Source: an uncultured Deinococcaceae bacterium
GTDB taxonomy: Bacteria; Deinococcota; Deinococci; Deinococcales; Deinococcaceae
Assembly: GCA_964252075.1 (NCBI GenBank)
Contig: CAXULY010000067.1
Coordinates: 1-20,489, forward strand
DNA: 20,489 nucleotides
Direction: 5' to 3'
Below are positions 13,784 through 20,489 of this stretch, piece after piece; position 1 is the first letter of the stretch, and every line of letters starts with the position of its first letter. Made by a program: the position numbers and the translations under genes. The notes beneath the pieces were generated by a model. The model was not told the DNA's origin, searched no databases, and saw only the letters and a program-made list of their open reading frames with translations.

Positions 13784-16294
13784 TCAGTCGGTGGCGGCCA
13801 GGTGCAGGGGCGTCAGGTCGTCGAAGGGCGCGGGGCGCGGCTGCCCGCGCTCCTCCACCCACTGGATGCCGCTGTCCGGCTCATCGGTGTTCACGAAGCT
13901 GCGGAAACGGGCGAGGCTCCGCGGGTCCGCGAGGGTGGCGGCCCACTCGTCGTGATGGTGCCGGACGTGCGCCTGCATGGCCGCTTCCAGTTCCGCCGCG
14001 AGGCCCAGGCGGTCCTCGACGATCACGGCCTTCAGGTACTCCAGGCCCCCGTCGAGCCGCTCCAGCCAGGTGCTGGTGCGCTGCAGGCGGTCGGCGGTGC
14101 GGATGTAGTACATCAGGAAGCGATCCAAGTACCGGATCAGGGTGTCCTCGTCGAGGTCACTGGCGAGCAGCTGGGCGTGCGCGGGCGTCGCGCCGCCATT
14201 GCCACACACGTACAGGTTCCAGCCGCGCTCCGTGGCGATCACGCCGAAGTCCTTGCCGCGCGCCTCGGCACATTCGCGCACGCAGCCGGACACGCCCGCC
14301 TTGAGCTTGTGCGGGCTGCGCAGGCCGCGGTAGCGCAGTTCGAGGCGCACCGCGAGGCTGGTGCTGTCTTGCACGCCGTAGCGGCACCACGTGCTGCCCA
14401 CGCAGCTTTTGACGGTGCGCAGGCCCTTGCCGTAGGCGTGGCCGCTCTCGAAGCCCGCCGCCACCAGCTCGGACCAGATGGCGGGCAGGTCGTCGAGGTG
14501 CGCGCCGAGCAGGTCGATGCGCTGCCCGCCGGTGATCTTGCAGTACAGGCGGTACTTCTTCGCGACCTCGCCCAGCACGATCAGGCGCTCCGGGGTGATC
14601 TCGCCGCCCGGCACGCGCGGCACGACGGAGTACGTGCCGTTCTTCTGGATATTCGCGAGGTACGCGTCGTTGGTGTCCTGCAAGGGCGCGTGCTGCGGGT
14701 TCAGGATGTACTCGCCGTGCAGGCTCGCGAGGATGCTCGCCACGGCGGGCTTGCAGACCTCGCAGCCGTGCCCCGCGCCGTGCGCGGCGAGGACGGCGTT
14801 CCAGTCGCGGTGGCCGTGCACGCGGATCAGGTCGAAGAGTTCCTGGCGGCTGTACGGGTAGTGCTCGCACAAGCGGCGGTCCACCGTCTGCCCGAGGCGC
14901 GTGCGTTCCTGCGCGAGCAGGTCGTTCATGCGCGGCACGCAGCCGCCGCAGCCCGTTCCGGCGCCCGTGCAGGCCTTCAGCGCGCCGACCGTGTGCGCGC
15001 CCCCGCACACCGCGCGGTGCAGCGTGCTGGCGCGCACCTGCTCGCAGCTGCAGATCAGGGCGTCCGCGACCGCCGGGACGGGCGCACCGGGCTGCGGGGG
15101 CACGATGAGCGCCTCGGGCGCGCCCGTGATGGGGGTGGCGCTGCGCACGCGGTCCAGCAGGTCCTCGTAGGCAGCCGTGTCGCCCACCAGGACGCCGCCC
15201 AGGACGCGCGCGCCGTCCTCGCTGAGCACGAGTTTCTTGTACGCGCCGCGCACGTGGTCGGTGAGGCTCACCGTGCGGGCGTTCGGTGTGACGCCCTTGG
15301 CGTCCCCGAAGCTCGCGACGTCCACGCCGAGCAGCTTGAGTTTGGTGGAGAGGTCCGCGCCCGCGAAGCGCGTGTCGCCGCCCAGGATGCTGTCGGCTGC
15401 GGCGCGCGCCATGTGGTGGCCGGGCGCGACCAGACCGTACACCCGCCCACCGTGCAGGGCGCACTCGCCGATGGCCAGGATGTGCGGGTCGCTGGTGCGG
15501 CAGGCGTCATCGATCACGATGCCGCCGCGTTCCCCCACCGCGAGGCCGCAGGCGCGGGCGAGGTCGTCGCGCGGGCGGATGCCGGCGCTGAACACCACGA
15601 GTTCAGCGGCGAGCGGTTCTGCGCCGTCGAACTCCAGGGCCTGCGCGCGTCCGTCCGGGCCCGCGACGATGGCGCGCGTCGCGGTGCTCACATGCACGGC
15701 GATGCCCATGGCCTCGATCAGGCCGCGCAGCAGCGCGCCACCCTCCGGGTCGATCTGGGCGGGCATCAGGTGCGGGGCGAATTCGATCACGTGGGTGGCG
15801 AGGCCCAGCTTGCGCAGCGCCCCGGCGGCTTCCAGGCCCAGCAGACCGCCCCCGATCACCACGCCGGTGCGGGCGCTGCGGGCGGCGGCCTGGATGGCGT
15901 CGAGGTCTTCGATGGTGCGGTACACAAAGCAGCCCGCCGCGTCCCGCCCAGGCACGGGTGGCACGAAGGGAACGCTGCCGGTGGCGAACACCAGCGTGTC
16001 GTAGGGAATCAGGCGGTCCCCGACCGTGACGGTGCGGGCGGCGCGGTCCACGCTGTGCGCGCGACCGTACGCGACATTCACGCCCAGTTCGGCGTACCCA
16101 GCCTCGGTGGCGAGGGCGAGTTCCGGGCGGGGCTCGTCGAAGTGGCTGGACAGGTGCACCCGGTCGTAGGCGAGGCGAGGCTCCTCGGTGATGACCGTCA
16201 CGGGCAGGTGGGGTGCTCGGGCCTTGAGGGTCTCGACGAGGCGGTGGCCGACCATGCCGTTGCCAATGATGACGGTGTGCGGTGCGCTGTGCAT
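13784..16294 (-). CDS. nirB: NAD(P)H-dependent siroheme nitrite reductase large subunit
   Basis: IGNGMVG and GGGLLGLEAA (FAD/NAD binding), BFD-like Cys clusters, NIQKNGTYSVVPR, KSCVGSTWCRYG, SGCVRECAEA; GGAGG before ATG 16294. Confidence 0.97.
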   Translation of the reverse strand: MHSAPHTVIIGNGMVGHRLVETLKARAPHLPVTVITEEPRLAYDRVHLSSHFDEPRPELALATEAGYAELGVNVAYGRAHSVDRAARTVTVGDRLIPYDTLVFATGSVPFVPPVPGRDAAGCFVYRTIEDLDAIQAAARSARTGVVIGGGLLGLEAAGALRKLGLATHVIEFAPHLMPAQIDPEGGALLRGLIEAMGIAVHVSTATRAIVAGPDGRAQALEFDGAEPLAAELVVFSAGIRPRDDLARACGLAVGERGGIVIDDACRTSDPHILAIGECALHGGRVYGLVAPGHHMARAAADSILGGDTRFAGADLSTKLKLLGVDVASFGDAKGVTPNARTVSLTDHVRGAYKKLVLSEDGARVLGGVLVGDTAAYEDLLDRVRSATPITGAPEALIVPPQPGAPVPAVADALICSCEQVRASTLHRAVCGGAHTVGALKACTGAGTGCGGCVPRMNDLLAQERTRLGQTVDRRLCEHYPYSRQELFDLIRVHGHRDWNAVLAAHGAGHGCEVCKPAVASILASLHGEYILNPQHAPLQDTNDAYLANIQKNGTYSVVPRVPGGEITPERLIVLGEVAKKYRLYCKITGGQRIDLLGAHLDDLPAIWSELVAAGFESGHAYGKGLRTVKSCVGSTWCRYGVQDSTSLAVRLELRYRGLRSPHKLKAGVSGCVRECAEARGKDFGVIATERGWNLYVCGNGGATPAHAQLLASDLDEDTLIRYLDRFLMYYIRTADRLQRTSTWLERLDGGLEYLKAVIVEDRLGLAAELEAAMQAHVRHHHDEWAATLADPRSLARFRSFVNTDEPDSGIQWVEERGQPRPAPFDDLTPLHLAATD

Positions 16295-16339
16295 CGGGGT
16301 TCCTCCTGGAAGCGCCGGGGGACCGGTGGCGCTCGTGAT

Positions 16340-16513
16340 GTCCCATGATGGCAGGCACAATTTGCGAGATGTCAAGATCAAACTGTTAAAATTGCGAGTT
16401 TAGCCTATACATTCCGAGATTTACTCGTTTTTACGTGCGTCTTGTGCAGATATTTTTGAACACTCCGCAGATTTGCCCTTGACAGGCCTTTTGCCATCCC
16501 GCAAGGTGCGGCC
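16340..16513. promoter_or_regulatory. Divergent promoter region for nirB and the nitrate reductase
   Basis: AT-rich; TTGACA on + (16479-16484) and on - (16375-16370); repeated tgcgag/ccgaga/gcaga-type elements. Confidence 0.6.
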
Positions 16514-18618
<2,105 letters not shown>

Positions 18619-18622
<4 letters not shown>

Positions 18623-19860
18623 GCACCCCAGCGCCCACCGCCCGATTCAGCCCCGACGCCCGCCGCGTGGTGGCGTGGAGCACCGCCGGGTTCACCTTGA
18701 TGTTCGCCGTGTGGGTGATGTTCTCCATCGTTGGGCTGCCGATCCGCGCGCAGCTCGGCCTCACGGACGCGCAGTTCACGCTGCTCACCGCCATTCCGGT
18801 GCTGACCGGCTCGCTGCTGCGCCTGCCCGGCGGGCTGCTCGCAGACCGCTTCGGAGGTCGCCGCCTCTTCGTGCTGATCACCACCCTGACCGCGCTGTTC
18901 TCCCTCGCGCTGGGCTGGGCGCACAGCTACCCCAGCCTCGTGGCGCTCGCGCTCGGCGTGGGCTTCGCCGGCGTGAGCTTCGCGGTGGGGAACGCCTGGA
19001 TCGCCCAGTGGGTGCCGGTCGCCCGCCAGGGCCTCGCGCTCGGCACCTTCGGCGCGGGGAACGCCGGGTCGAGCCTCACGAAGCTGCTCGCGCCGCTGCT
19101 CATCACGCTGGTGCCCGCCGGCCTGCTGATCCCCGGCGGCTGGCATTTCGTGCCCTTCGCCTGCGGGTTGCTGCTCCTGCTCGTCGCGGCCCTGGTGCAG
19201 GCCCTCGCGCCGCGCGACCGCGCGCGCCGCAGCAGCAAGACCCTGACCGATTGGTTGCGTCCGCTGGGCGTCCTGCAGGTGTGGCGCTTCGGCCTGTATT
19301 ACGTGGTGTTCTTCGGCGCGTACGTGGCGCTGAGCCTGTACCTCCCGAAGTTCTACGTGGACACCTTCAAGGTCACGCTGCCGGAAGCGGGGCTGCTCAC
19401 CGCGCTGTTCATCTTCCCCGCCAGTCTGCTGCGCCCGCTGGGTGGGTCCCTCAGCGACCGTTTCGGGCCGCACGCCGTGACGGCGACCGCCTTCACCGTG
19501 ATGCTCGCCGCATGCGTGCCGCTCGCCCTCGGGCGGCTGCCCACGCTGCCGTCCCTGCTCGCCCTCACCCTCCTGGTGGGCGTCGGCATGGGCATCGGGA
19601 AGGCCAGCACCTACACCCTCGTCGCCCGCGCGTTCCCGCGCGACATGGGCGTGGTGGGCGGCCTGGTGGGGCTGCTGGGCGGCCTGGGCGGCTTCTTCCT
19701 GCCGCTGGTCTTCAGCGCCCTGAAACCCTTCCTCGGCACGTCCGCGGCTTTCGTGACGCTGCTGGGCGTGACGACCGTGGGCGCGGGGGTGTTCGTCGCG
19801 CGGCTCCTGCGCCCCACCCCACCCGCTGTCCCCGTGCGATTCGAGACCAAGCCCGACTGA
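18619..19860 (+). CDS. narK: NarK-type nitrate/nitrite MFS transporter
   Basis: FAVWVMFS, PVLTGSLLRLP, GFAGVSFAVG, FGAGNAG, LLRPLGGSLSDRFG, GLVGLLGGLGGFFLP; GGAGG SD; ATGA overlap with the nitrate reductase stop. Confidence 0.92.
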
Positions 19861-19969
19861 ACGTCGAACGCCCCGGCTGCGGCACCGGGGGCCAGGCCGG
19901 GCCGTAGGCCGACGCCCCTTGGGGGGTGGTGGCGGCCGCGCGGGCGCGTGACCGGTCACGCGCCCGCGC

Positions 19970-20488
19970 TCACGACCTCCAGTCAACCACCCGGGTCAAC
20001 GACCCCTCGAAACGCAAAGTGGCAGGAAGCAGGACCGCTTCAGAACGGCGTTCGGAGCGACAAAGGCACGGCTGGGCCGACCTCCGCTCGCTCCCCTGCG
20101 CGCCACCCTCAAAGCCGCCTTTCCCCTCAAAGGGCGGGTTCGATGTGGCGTCCCTCACGCCATACATGTTCAACGCGAACAGTCCCACCACCCCGGCAGG
20201 CCGTCTGCCGCCAGACACCTCCGTCCACGCCGCGCTCCTCTTCCCTGCTCGCCTGGCTGGGCGTGTTCGCGCCGCTGCTCCTCCATGCCAGCGGAACACG
20301 ACGCGGAAGGGCAGGCGCATCCTCTGCGTGATCCTTTCAAACCTGCGAACCGGGAGCACCAGCGTCACCCCCAGTGCCATGGTCACCATGGCGTGCCCAC
20401 TCGGGAAGCCGGAGTCGTTCTCCGCGACCAGGGTGGACCACAGGTGGGGGCGCGGCCGGTGGAACACCCACTTGGCGAGGACGTTCAA
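19970..20488 (-). pseudogene. PAP2-family phosphatase, 5' end outside the window, apparently 3'-truncated near 20350
   Basis: C1 KWVFHRPRP and C2 SGFPSGHAM present; no C3 SRxxxxxHxxxD motif; sequence after LVLP looks non-coding. Confidence 0.7.
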
Positions 20489-20489
20489 C

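Noticed and set aside
19868..19940. GC hairpins after narK as terminator
   Set aside because: Imperfect stems with no U-tract; expected by chance at this GC content.

Overview
High-GC bacterial DNA; gene content and leaderless-type promoters suggest Deinococcus (inference). Left (1-2430, minus strand): a copper-type operon made of a DUF2946-like leader (CxxC plus C-terminal RAPP), an MbnP-family WxW protein, an MbnH/MauG-type diheme peroxidase and a secreted protein cut by the window edge. A divergent MarR regulator follows. The leader's last codons are a perfect 9-nt complement of the mbnP Shine-Dalgarno region, which points to ribosome-stalling translational control. Middle (3450-11950): a decaying accessory/prophage-like patch. 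It holds small ORFs, a nonsense-interrupted gene, an AT-rich insert (frameshifted gene, extended -10 promoter, 21-bp hairpin), an RLIG1/DUF5565-like RNA ligase, a PAS-GAF-GAF-PAS sensor with a degenerate kinase core, a DEDDh exonuclease fragment, a TPR gene between ~190-bp diverged direct repeats and a doubly frameshifted secreted-protein gene. Right (12568-19860): an assimilatory nitrate/nitrite cluster (hemD-like, nirD, nirB, divergent from a nitrate reductase and a NarK-type transporter), then a PAP2 gene that appears 3'-truncated. All family calls are by eye; no searches were run.
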